Shown here: one piece after another, positions 52,214 through 60,875 of the stretch | Position numbering within the stretch: the first letter of the stretch is position 1 | Layout of the letters: every line of letters starts with the position of its first letter | Origin: an uncultured delta proteobacterium | GTDB taxonomy: Bacteria > Desulfobacterota > RBG-13-43-22 | Length of the DNA: 64,000 nucleotides | Assembly (NCBI GenBank): GCA_963711835.1 | Contig: CAVQFQ010000017.1 | Coordinates: 448,001 to 512,000 of the forward strand | Direction of reading: 5' to 3' | Notes under the pieces: model-generated | Seen by the model: only the letters and a program-made list of their open reading frames with translations | Databases searched by the model: none | Told to the model about the DNA's origin: nothing | Translations under genes and position numbers: made by a program

Positions 52214-52624
52214 TCACTTTATACTCACAGGAGGTGCTTTTGATGAAACGTTTTCTTTTGTGGTGGCGGTCTCACCAAGTTCTTTCAGAGGTGTTGTCGC
52301 CTTTGTACTTATGCCTTTATCAATCTTGGTTTGTGGCTGGGTATGTTCTCTCTGCCACCAGCGAATATCTGGACCGTATTTTTGGATTAATCCTCCAAAT
52401 ATTGCGGATAGGGCGCTGATAATGGCAGCGATTATGACGATTCGTTTGTTTAACTTGTGTTGCTCTACCATGATTTCTCTATTTAATCGTTGCTGCTCTT
52501 TTATTAGGTGCTCCTCCCATTCCATTTGTGCAAGAAACGGAGCAGGGCTGCCATCTTTAAAATCCCTTGCTTTTGCCAGAGCAATTTTGGCTTTCTCTTC
52601 CTCTGTCATGGCTTTATCGGTCAT
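52214..52624 (-). CDS. Hypothetical single-TM cassette protein
   Basis: 136-aa ORF filling the space between two attC sites, GAGG RBS. Confidence 0.7.
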   Translation of the reverse strand: MTDKAMTEEEKAKIALAKARDFKDGSPAPFLAQMEWEEHLIKEQQRLNREIMVEQHKLNKRIVIIAAIISALSAIFGGLIQKYGPDIRWWQREHTQPQTKIDKGISTKATTPLKELGETATTKENVSSKAPPVSIK

Positions 52625-52633
52625 TTATTCCTC

Positions 52634-52689
52634 ACATAACGCGAAGTTCACCGGGAGCGTTAGCGATCCGGGGGAACGTCTTGATAGAC
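52634..52689 (-). mobile_element. Integron attC site (degenerate R'' box)
   Basis: Minus strand GTCTATC...GTTATGT with GTTCCCCCGG/CCGGTGAAC stem. Confidence 0.6.
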
Positions 52690-52698
52690 CACACACAG

Positions 52699-53130
52699 TT
52701 ATAATTCCTTTTTTTGCCACGCAGAATAAACAAAATAAAATGCGGGTACCGCTATAATGGGTATGAGTAATGCACCAAATCCTTCAGAACGAAAGAACAC
52801 ATAAGTAAACGAAACAGTCCCGATCAATATAACTAATCCAAATACTACAGCAACAGTACGCATATGCGCGTTTGCAAACAATGAAGAGCAAGTTTTTAAT
52901 GCAGCGAAAGCAGATAATCCATTCATTAGCATGCCACGAATAATTGCTGTCAGCAGACCGGGGTTGTCTGCCTCGCTAGCACCACCAAATCTCTCCGGAA
53001 TAAATATTTTACCGAAAAAAATTAATAATTTTTCAAGTACCGGTGTTACCAGATAAATCATGATCAGATAGATAGCAACACTTGCAAGTGCTGCAACAAT
53101 AGTTTGCCAGATAGAAGAAGAACGATTCAT
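52699..53130 (-). CDS. Hypothetical membrane cassette protein
   Basis: 143-aa AT-rich ORF with about 4 TM segments, followed by an attC. Confidence 0.7.
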   Translation of the reverse strand: MNRSSSIWQTIVAALASVAIYLIMIYLVTPVLEKLLIFFGKIFIPERFGGASEADNPGLLTAIIRGMLMNGLSAFAALKTCSSLFANAHMRTVAVVFGLVILIGTVSFTYVFFRSEGFGALLIPIIAVPAFYFVYSAWQKKEL

Positions 53131-53454
53131 ATTGCTACTCCAAATAATAGATTCATACGGTCTTTCGGGTTCGTCTCAACATATTGTGATTATTGGTTTT
53201 AATCCTCTGGTTTATTCACCACTGCAGTAGGCTTCCCATTGCCACACATGCAAGCCCCACCCGGAAAAAAATTTTGTCAATGTAGCATACGGTCGCTTCG
53301 CGGTACGATCCATCTTCGGCTGTCTTAACGATGTATTTCCATACTTCTTTTCTTTCTTGCTCCTCGCTGAAAGGGTATATTTATTCTCGATTTTGATCGC
53401 GAAAGCCAAGCATATCGTCCCCAATATAACAAGCAATATGCCACCATGACCCAA

Positions 53455-53568
53455 TGAAGGGGTCAGGTCTGCTCTTGGCTCTTTCTTTTTCCCCCTACGC
53501 CAACTCCATTTTAATTTCCCCCCACCTCAACTCTAGCACCTTATAATCCCAAGGTCAGCCACCTGAAA
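53455..53568. repeat. Approx. 110-bp direct repeat starting with the REP-like motif, copy 1 (copy 2 approx. 54471-54581)
   Basis: GCTCTTTCTTTTTCCCC..TACGCCA..CTCCATTT.AATTTCCCCCCACCTCA.CTCT.GCAC.TTATAATCCCAAGGTCAGCC.CCTGAAA in both copies. Confidence 0.85.
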
Positions 53569-53827
53569 GGCCACCTCCAAGGAGCCGGAAAATAAAAAAG
53601 GCCCTGCTGCTCGATTATGAGGCAGGGCCTTCACGTTCCATTCATCCTCCCGCATTTAAGGTTAGACGAGAAAAAGAAAAGGGAAATTAACCGGATAGCC
53701 AGTGAATAGCATAGAAAATTTCCCCTGTCAATACATAGCGGGTTTTGGGATTTATGGAATTTTTTCCTAAGGCTTGACAAGGCCGCCTTACTAATGTATT
53801 GTATTTTGTAAGGAGGATTTGCAACCT

Positions 53828-54070
53828 ATGCTCGTCAAGATCACCAGCAAGCGACAAGTTACCTTTCCGGCACAGGTTTTGAAGGCACTGGGAGTTCATC
53901 CCGGTGAAAGTCTCGAACTGGTGAAGGGACCGGACGGCTTTCTCCTGCGCCCCCGCCGCATTGATACTTCCCGACTGGCGCCCCTGCGAGGGAAACTTAA
54001 CCGCGGCCAGGGAAATTTCAACCTCGAAACTTTTCGAAATGAGCCCCATGACCAAACGCTTCGGGATTGA
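53828..54070 (+). CDS. AbrB/MazE-family antitoxin
   Basis: MLVKITSKRQVTFPA; upstream TTGACA and CCTTAC..GTAAGG palindrome. Confidence 0.88.
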   Translation: MLVKITSKRQVTFPAQVLKALGVHPGESLELVKGPDGFLLRPRRIDTSRLAPLRGKLNRGQGNFNLETFRNEPHDQTLRD

Positions 54071-54446
54071 CACCTCTATCCTGGTTCGTCTGGCAACCGG
54101 GGATCCTAAAGCTGGATTTGAACAGTGCATGCGAAGGCTAACTCGGTTGGTCGAGGAAGGTCAGGCCGAAATCTTCGCCTCTAATCAAGTTATTGGCGAA
54201 GCCTATATTGCCTTGCAGCACCACTATGGGGTCAGCAAATCGGACGCGCGTGCCGCCCTGACCAGTGTCCTGAGCAGCGGAATGGTGTCTCCCTTGAATG
54301 GAATATCCGTCTTCGAAGACCTCGCAGCCAGGGGCGGTTGCGGTCTTCTCGATCGATTGATTGCCGGCGATTATCGACGCGCGGAATTGGTCACTCTCAC
54401 TCTGGATCGTCGGATGGTTTCCCTCCCGGATGTTCAGGCTTTATAA
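54048..54446 (+). CDS. PIN/VapC toxin
   Basis: GIDTSILVR, VIGEAY, DRLI, TLD. Confidence 0.85.
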   Translation: MTKRFGIDTSILVRLATGDPKAGFEQCMRRLTRLVEEGQAEIFASNQVIGEAYIALQHHYGVSKSDARAALTSVLSSGMVSPLNGISVFEDLAARGGCGLLDRLIAGDYRRAELVTLTLDRRMVSLPDVQAL

Positions 54447-54630
54447 CTCTTCAGTTAGATCAATTTAATAGGGATCAAGTCCTGCTTTTAGCTCTTTCTT
54501 TTTCCCCTACGCCATACTCCATTTCAATTTCCCCCCACCTCACCTCTGGCACATTATAATCCCAAGGTCAGCCCCCTGAAATGCCGATCCCAAAAAACTT
54601 TCTTCCGGCCCTTGACTTTCATAAAATAGG

Positions 54631-54649
54631 ATTAATAATAATTATTATC
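54631..54649. promoter_or_regulatory. Fur/PerR-like box upstream of tpx-cooS
   Basis: ATTAATAATAATTATTATC matches 15/19 of the Fur consensus GATAATGATAATCATTATC; TTGACT at 54612. Confidence 0.55.
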
Positions 54650-54670
54650 AAAAAAGGGGAGGGGACAACT

Positions 54671-55186
54671 ATGGAAGAACGGACTGGTCTGGTAAGCCTG
54701 CAAGGGAATCCTCTGACATTATTAGGCCCGGAGCTTAAAGTGGGAGACCAGGCGCCGGAGTTTGAGGTCTTGGATAATAATCTGTCTCCCATCCAGTTGG
54801 CTTCATTTAAAGGAAAGATAATCATCCTGGCTTCGGTACCCTCTCTGGATACGCCGGTGTGTGACCTGGAAACCCGGCGTTTCAATACCGAAGCCGGAAA
54901 ACTGGATCCGGACATCCGGATACTGACCATCAGTATGGATTTGCCTTTTGCCCAGAAGCGCTGGTGCGGGGCAGCCGGGGTGGATAAGGTCGTTACGCTT
55001 TCCGACCACCGGACAGCTTCTTTCGGAAGCGCCTACGGCGTCCTGATCAAGGAACTGCGCCTCTTGGCCAGGGCTGTTTTTGTCTTGGACCGGGAGGGAG
55101 TCATCCGCTATATCCAGGTCCTCCCGGATCTGGCCCAGGAGCCGGATTATGACGAAGTAATCAAGGTTGTTGAAAAACTGGTCTAA
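54671..55186 (+). CDS. tpx: Thiol peroxidase
   Basis: SVPSLDTPVC, ISMDLPFAQKRWC, LLARAVFV, EPDYD. Confidence 0.95.
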   Translation: MEERTGLVSLQGNPLTLLGPELKVGDQAPEFEVLDNNLSPIQLASFKGKIIILASVPSLDTPVCDLETRRFNTEAGKLDPDIRILTISMDLPFAQKRWCGAAGVDKVVTLSDHRTASFGSAYGVLIKELRLLARAVFVLDREGVIRYIQVLPDLAQEPDYDEVIKVVEKLV

Positions 55187-55204
55187 ACATAAAAAGGAAA
55201 CCCC

Positions 55205-57181
55205 ATGGAAACTGAAAAAAAGAACGAAAACAAGATTGCCCCTTTGAAGATTCAAGATGTGACCACCTGCAAGGCCACGGCCCAGATGCTCGAAAAGGCC
55301 GAAAGAGACGGGGTTGAAACCGCCTTTCACCGGGCGGCCGTCATGAAGGCCTGCCCGATCGGGGCCGAGTCGGCCTGTTGTAAGCACTGCGCCATGGGAC
55401 CTTGCCGGCTGAGCGGAAAGGATCCCTACGGCAAGGTCGGGGTCTGCGGTGCGACCATTGATACTATTATGTCCCGGAATTTTGCCCGTATGGTAGCCGC
55501 CGGCGCTGCCGCCCACACCGACCACGGGATGAGCATGCTGGAGTTGTTCCGGGAGGTGATCAACGGGAAAATCAAAGATTATTCCATTAAAGACCCTATA
55601 AAGCTGGAAGCCTTGGCCCTTGAACTTGGAATAGAGGTGGAAGGCCGAGCCCTGATCGAAATTGCCAACGAGGTCTATCGTGAACTGGAACGGACCTATA
55701 TTCAGGTGGAGGGTGAAATTCCTTTTGTCAAGCGGGTGCCTGAGAAAACGCTGGAAACGTGGCGCAAGCAGGGCATTGTTCCCCGGGGAGCCATGCGCGA
55801 GATCATGGAATTGATGCACCGGACCCATATGGGGGTCGATCAGCATTACGAGAATATCACCAAACAATCCAGCCGAACGGCCCTGGCCGACGGCTGGGGC
55901 GGCTCCATGGTGGCCACCGAAATTTCCGATATCCTCTTCGGAACGCCGATCCCGGTAAAGGTGGAAGTTAACATGGGCGTCCTTAAAGAGGAAGAAGTCA
56001 ACATCATCATCCACGGCCACGAACCGAATCTTTTCGAGTCCATCCTGGCTTCGGTCAATGACCCGGCCCTGCTGGCCGAGGCCAAGGCCGCCGGGGCCAA
56101 GGGTTTGAATCTGGTCGGCATGTGCTGTTCCGGTTTGGAAATGGTCTCCCGCCACGGGATTCCCCATGCCGGCAACTTTATGTCCACCGAGGCCGTTCTG
56201 GTAACCGGTGCGGTGGATGCCTTGGCCGTTGATGTCCAGTGCATCAAGCAGGGACTGGCCAGGGTGGCCGAGTGCTACGGGACCCGGATGTTCACGACCA
56301 ATCCCCGATGCCGGATTGAAGGGGCCGAACATATTGCCTTCCACGAGGACCAGCCCCGGGCCTGCACCGACGCCATCGTCAGGATGGGCATTGAACGATT
56401 TAAAAATAGAAAGCTGCCCATAGAAATACCCCAGATACGGAATATCGGGGTACATGGTTTTTCCCATGAATATATCAATTACATGCTGGGGGGGACCTTC
56501 CGGGGTTCTTACCGGCCCCTGAACGACAACATCATCAACGGCCGGATTCGAGGGGTCGCCGGGGTTGTCGGTTGTACCAACCCCAGGGTCAAACAGGACT
56601 GGGTCCACGTCGAATTGGTTAAGGAACTGATCAAAAACGATATCCTGGTGGTCCAGACCGGCTGCTCCCAGATCGCCCTGGCCAAGGCCGGCCTGTATCT
56701 TCCCGAAGCCGCTTACCTGGCCGGACCGGGTTTGCGGGAGGTCTGCGAGGCCGTGGGCATGCCCCCGGTTCTGGGCCTTGGCGCCTGTGTGGACAACAGC
56801 CGCGTTTTAACCGCCTGCGCGGAAATGGTCCGCAACGGGGGCCTGGGCAACAGCATCGCCGATCTGCCGGTAGCCGGAGCCGCCCCGGAATGGATGAGTG
56901 AAAAGGCCATCTGCATCGGCCAGTATTTTGTGGCCTCGGGTGTTTATACCATCTTTGGAGTCACCTTCCCCATTATCAAAGAGACCAAATTTCACAAGCT
57001 CCTTTTCGAAGGGTTGGAGGAAGGGGGATTGGGGAAATGGGGCTTCACCGCCGATCCTTATGAAATGGCCCGAATGATGATCGAGCATATCGACCGCAAG
57101 CGCCAGGCCCTCGGCATTGATAAGAGCCGGGAGAGAGTCCTGGTCGATATGGATACCCGGCGCCAAATGGAGGCGGCTTAG
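55205..57181 (+). CDS. cooS: Anaerobic Ni-carbon monoxide dehydrogenase catalytic subunit
   Basis: CPIG...CCKHCAMGPC, HGHEP, MCC, DVQC, VGCTN, TGC, GACVDNSR, PEWMSEKA. Confidence 0.95.
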   Translation: METEKKNENKIAPLKIQDVTTCKATAQMLEKAERDGVETAFHRAAVMKACPIGAESACCKHCAMGPCRLSGKDPYGKVGVCGATIDTIMSRNFARMVAAGAAAHTDHGMSMLELFREVINGKIKDYSIKDPIKLEALALELGIEVEGRALIEIANEVYRELERTYIQVEGEIPFVKRVPEKTLETWRKQGIVPRGAMREIMELMHRTHMGVDQHYENITKQSSRTALADGWGGSMVATEISDILFGTPIPVKVEVNMGVLKEEEVNIIIHGHEPNLFESILASVNDPALLAEAKAAGAKGLNLVGMCCSGLEMVSRHGIPHAGNFMSTEAVLVTGAVDALAVDVQCIKQGLARVAECYGTRMFTTNPRCRIEGAEHIAFHEDQPRACTDAIVRMGIERFKNRKLPIEIPQIRNIGVHGFSHEYINYMLGGTFRGSYRPLNDNIINGRIRGVAGVVGCTNPRVKQDWVHVELVKELIKNDILVVQTGCSQIALAKAGLYLPEAAYLAGPGLREVCEAVGMPPVLGLGACVDNSRVLTACAEMVRNGGLGNSIADLPVAGAAPEWMSEKAICIGQYFVASGVYTIFGVTFPIIKETKFHKLLFEGLEEGGLGKWGFTADPYEMARMMIEHIDRKRQALGIDKSRERVLVDMDTRRQMEAA

Positions 57182-57236
57182 ACCGTCCCCCGGCCGGAAT
57201 ATGGATTTCAGGGAGAAGCCGTAAAGGTGTTAAGGG

Positions 57237-58757
57237 ATGAAAGCAGTCTCGGCTCTTGAATACCACCGGCAAACCAGCTATCAGCGTCATAAGATGACCG
57301 CCCATTTTATGGATTGGGCCAACCAGCCCAATCCTTATAAAGGGTATCCCGGGGTTGAACCCATCCTGCTTCCCCAGGATACCTCCTTTCCCAATGACCT
57401 CCTTTCGCAAGTCTTGAAAAAGGAGTCCGAAGGCCAATTCCCGGCCTGGATCCAGCAAGAGCAACTGGCCCGGATTTTTCAACTTACCTACAGTCTGACC
57501 GCTAAAACCCGGCAACCCGAGGGAAGCTTTTATTACCGCAGCGTAGCCTCGGCCGGGGCCCTCTATCCCACTGAAATCTATCTGGCGGCCCAGGGCATAA
57601 AGGGTCTGGATAATGGACTCTACCATTTCTCCATTGCCCAGCAGGGTCTGAATCCCCTCCGGAAAGGAGACTTTTTAACGGTCCGGGCCAAGGTCGATCC
57701 AAACGAGGGGGAGCCTCCTGGGCTTCTTTTCTTCTTGTCGGCCATTTTATTCCGAAGTGCCTGGAAATATCGGGACCGGGCCTTCCGCTATCATCTCCTC
57801 GACACAGGGCACCTGATTGAGAATTTGCTCCTGGCCTTAAAAGCCCTTGGCCTCCCCGGTTCGCTTTCGTATGATTTTGATGACCGGCAGGTTACCCGAT
57901 TTCTGGGCCTGGATGCCCAAAGGGAGATTCCTCTGGCCCTGGTTGCGGTTGCCGAAGCCAAACTCCAAACCCGGGATCCCTTGAAGGTCATGCCGGAACT
58001 GGCCCCGGCCATGATCAGTGCCTGTCAGGTTTCCCAGGCCGAAAGGCCATACCCTTTGATAGAGGCGGCTTATCAGGCCGGGAGTACCGTGCGCCGGCCG
58101 GAGGAAGCAAGCTCCGACAACCTCCCTTCGATCGGATTGACTCCAAAGCAGGAGATCCCTTTACGACCAGCGCCAGCCTGGCCGGAAATTATGGCTTATC
58201 CGGATGCCGTTATCCAACGGCGCTCCCGGCGCAATTATTTGAAAGACCCTATTCCCCGGGAAGCCCTGACGGCCTTACTGGAAAGCCTGACTCGTGATGA
58301 AACGGATCGAACCCGGGGATTGCCGGCCGTCCCCGACCTTCTTTCTCTCGGCCTTTTGATCGGACGGGCCGAGGGATTTGAACCGGGTTTTTATCTGTTG
58401 GATCCCTCAAGGTCCCATTTGAGTTTGGTTCATCCGGGGCTATTTATGAAGGCCATGGCCCGGATCTGTTTGGACCAGGACTGGCTGGCTAATGGGGCCG
58501 TCCATTTTCTCTTTATCACGAATCTCAAAACACTGGAGGAGCGTTTCGGGGCGCGGGGCTATCGCTACGCCATGCAGACGGCCGGCCGGTTGGGAGAACG
58601 GTTATATCTCCTTAGTACCGCACTGGGCCTGGGCTGCTGCGGCATCGGGGCTTATTATGATCAGGAAGCGGCGGACCTGTTGGGGCTGGATGAAGCCTCC
58701 CGGCTTCTCTATTTGGTGGCTGTCGGACCGGTTAAAAAAAGTTCTATGACCAAATGA
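57237..58757 (+). CDS. SagB/ThcOx-type tandem nitroreductase-domain protein
   Basis: RSVASAGALYPTEIY, WKYRDRAFRY..LDTGH, RRSRRNY, GCCGIGAYYD. Confidence 0.88.
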   Translation: MKAVSALEYHRQTSYQRHKMTAHFMDWANQPNPYKGYPGVEPILLPQDTSFPNDLLSQVLKKESEGQFPAWIQQEQLARIFQLTYSLTAKTRQPEGSFYYRSVASAGALYPTEIYLAAQGIKGLDNGLYHFSIAQQGLNPLRKGDFLTVRAKVDPNEGEPPGLLFFLSAILFRSAWKYRDRAFRYHLLDTGHLIENLLLALKALGLPGSLSYDFDDRQVTRFLGLDAQREIPLALVAVAEAKLQTRDPLKVMPELAPAMISACQVSQAERPYPLIEAAYQAGSTVRRPEEASSDNLPSIGLTPKQEIPLRPAPAWPEIMAYPDAVIQRRSRRNYLKDPIPREALTALLESLTRDETDRTRGLPAVPDLLSLGLLIGRAEGFEPGFYLLDPSRSHLSLVHPGLFMKAMARICLDQDWLANGAVHFLFITNLKTLEERFGARGYRYAMQTAGRLGERLYLLSTALGLGCCGIGAYYDQEAADLLGLDEASRLLYLVAVGPVKKSSMTK

Positions 58758-58771
58758 AGGTTAGTACCTTT

Positions 58772-59018
58772 TTTTTGCCACAGACGAACGCAGACCCTGC
58801 GTATGCGATCCGCGGGCAGGCGCGGCGGAATTTTTATTCCCGTTCGACCCCGGACAATACCTACGGGGCAGGCTATGAACGGGCATAACACGCCATCGCT
58901 TCGCGAGGAAAAACTTTAGTTGCGCCAAAGGCGCTGACGATTAGGGTGGCGGCATGCGGCGAGCTCAGCCGAGCGGCAAGTCGCCGCCACCCTGTCTTGT
59001 CTTTGTCTGTGGCAAAAA
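58772..59018. repeat. MITE-like element with 14-bp inverted termini
   Basis: TTTTTGCCACAGAC ... GTCTGTGGCAAAAA. Confidence 0.65.
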
Positions 59019-59097
59019 TCTTTTCCGAATTTTTTGGGTTGGGAATAAAGAGTAAAAGCAGGCCATAAATAAAATCTAAAATAAAAGGAGACCACCC

Positions 59098-59592
59098 ATG
59101 AGCAAGACCGAACAAAATTTATTGGAAGCCTTTGCCGGCGAATCCCAGGCCAACCGAAAATATCTGGCCTTTGCCAGAAAGGCCGAGCAGGAGGGGTACC
59201 CGGCGGCCGCAAAACTGTTCCGAGCCGCAGCCGAAGCGGAAACCATTCATGCCCACGCCCATCTGCGGGTTTTGGGCAAGGTGGGCAAAACCGCGGATAA
59301 TCTGAAGGAGGCCATTGCCGGAGAAACACACGAGTTCAAGGAGATGTATCCCCTCATGATCGCCACCGCCCTGACCGAAGGAAATAAGGGCGCCGAGCGC
59401 AGCTTCGCTTATGCCAATGCCGTGGAAAAGGTCCATGCCGACCTCTATCAAAAAGCCCTTGATAATTTAGGCCGGGCCGGGGAAGTGGACTATTACGTCT
59501 GCTCGGTCTGCGGCAATACCGTAGAAAAGGAAGCCCCGGAAACCTGCCCGGTCTGCGGCGCCAAGGCCAAGGCCTTTTTTAAGGTAAGTTAG
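59098..59592 (+). CDS. rbr: Rubrerythrin
   Basis: AFAGESQA, EAETIHA, EKVH, C-terminal CSVCG...CPVCG. Confidence 0.95.
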   Translation: MSKTEQNLLEAFAGESQANRKYLAFARKAEQEGYPAAAKLFRAAAEAETIHAHAHLRVLGKVGKTADNLKEAIAGETHEFKEMYPLMIATALTEGNKGAERSFAYANAVEKVHADLYQKALDNLGRAGEVDYYVCSVCGNTVEKEAPETCPVCGAKAKAFFKVS

Positions 59593-59619
59593 CTTCTAAA
59601 TAGTGCAGCAATATTTATA

Positions 59620-59762
59620 TTCACCGCAAAGACGCAAAGGACGCAAAGAAGAATATTTTTGCTTTCCGCTGAGACGGCGGAAAGCAAAATGAAAAATTCT
59701 TCTCTTGGCGATCTTAGCGCCTCGAACGAGTCCCGCTTTTAGCGGGACGAGTGGGCGGTGAA
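59620..59762. repeat. Palindromic intergenic repeat
   Basis: TTCACCGCAAAGACGCAAAG...GCGGTGAA termini with internal TTTTGCTTTCCGC/GCGGAAAGCAAAA hairpin; related short copy at 60014-60066. Confidence 0.7.
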
Positions 59763-59785
59763 AAAATTTTATTAGGAGATAACGT

Positions 59786-59995
59786 ATGGCCAAGCCTGAC
59801 GAGATGTACCAATGCCAGTCCGTCAATTGCGGCTGCATTTACGACCCGGACCGGGGCGACAAGCGCGGTAAGGTGCCCAAAGGCACCTGCTTCGCCGATC
59901 TTTCCGATGAATGGCGCTGTCCGATTTGCGGTGCTACCAAGAAAAACTTTCGGCCGCTGGGCGGTCCCGACTCCACCGCCGCCGAAAGAGCCTAA
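59786..59995 (+). CDS. Rubredoxin
   Basis: YQCQSVNCGCIYDPDRGD...WRCPICGA. Confidence 0.92.
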   Translation: MAKPDEMYQCQSVNCGCIYDPDRGDKRGKVPKGTCFADLSDEWRCPICGATKKNFRPLGGPDSTAAERA

Positions 59996-60114
59996 ATCCT
60001 GCACTGCTTTTTATTCACCACGAAGACACAGAGAACACCCCGTGCCCTTTGTGCCTCTGTGGTGAAATAGTCTGTCTGCTTCTATCTGTAGCTAAAAAAA
60101 TCTGGAGGAGAATC

Positions 60115-60555
60115 ATGGCCAAAGTACTGATTGTCTATACCACCCGGACCCAGGAGACCAGAAAGATTGCCGAGCTGATCGCTGAAGGGGTCCGGTTCGA
60201 AGGTGCCGAGGCGGAGGTGAAGGACGCCTCCGGGATTAAAAAAGAATCCGACCTTCAGGGTTACGAGGGCTATGCCTTCGGATCTCCGACCTACCACGGG
60301 GACATGCTGCAACCCATGAAGACCTTGCTCTTTATGGCGGAAAAAGCCGATCTGGGCGGAAAAGCCGGCGGGGCCTTTGGGGCTTTCGGCTGGAGCGGCG
60401 AAGCCCCGGATCGGATTTTCGGGACTATGAAGAATATCTTTCAGATGAACATGGTCTCCGAACCCCTGCGTCTCAAATCCACGGCCCTGGGCGGCGCCGT
60501 CCAGATGGCCCAGGATTACGGGCGGAAAATCGGCAAAAAAGCCGCCGGATCTTGA
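60115..60555 (+). CDS. Flavodoxin-domain protein
   Basis: VLIVYTTRT..T..IAE, FGSPTYHG, AFGAFGWSGEA; GGAGG RBS. Confidence 0.9.
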   Translation: MAKVLIVYTTRTQETRKIAELIAEGVRFEGAEAEVKDASGIKKESDLQGYEGYAFGSPTYHGDMLQPMKTLLFMAEKADLGGKAGGAFGAFGWSGEAPDRIFGTMKNIFQMNMVSEPLRLKSTALGGAVQMAQDYGRKIGKKAAGS

Positions 60556-60875
60556 AACTCGGGGGGTTCCCCTGACCCGACCCCTTAACCGGAGCAGAGG
60601 AACCCCGCCGGGTACGATCCCTGACTTTCCCTCTGGCGCTGTTCCGCGCCTTTTATCTTTTTTCTGCCCTCCCCATACCATAGAGCCGGAAAGTGTAATT
60701 AGCTTGACCCTTCCCGGAGTTTCTTTTATATTTACTGATGGATTTTCGACTTCAGGTTACCCGCGCTCAACCAGGCATTGCACCTGGTGCCTGGCCGCAC
60801 CCATCCCAAAAATGGAAAAGGGAATGGTTTCTTAAATCCCACTAATTGAAGGACTAAGATAGGGCACTATTTCCC

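Noticed and set aside
53212-53454. 80-aa ORF as an intact cassette gene
   Set aside because: It appears truncated by the REP at 53455 and frameshifted, and no clear attC follows.
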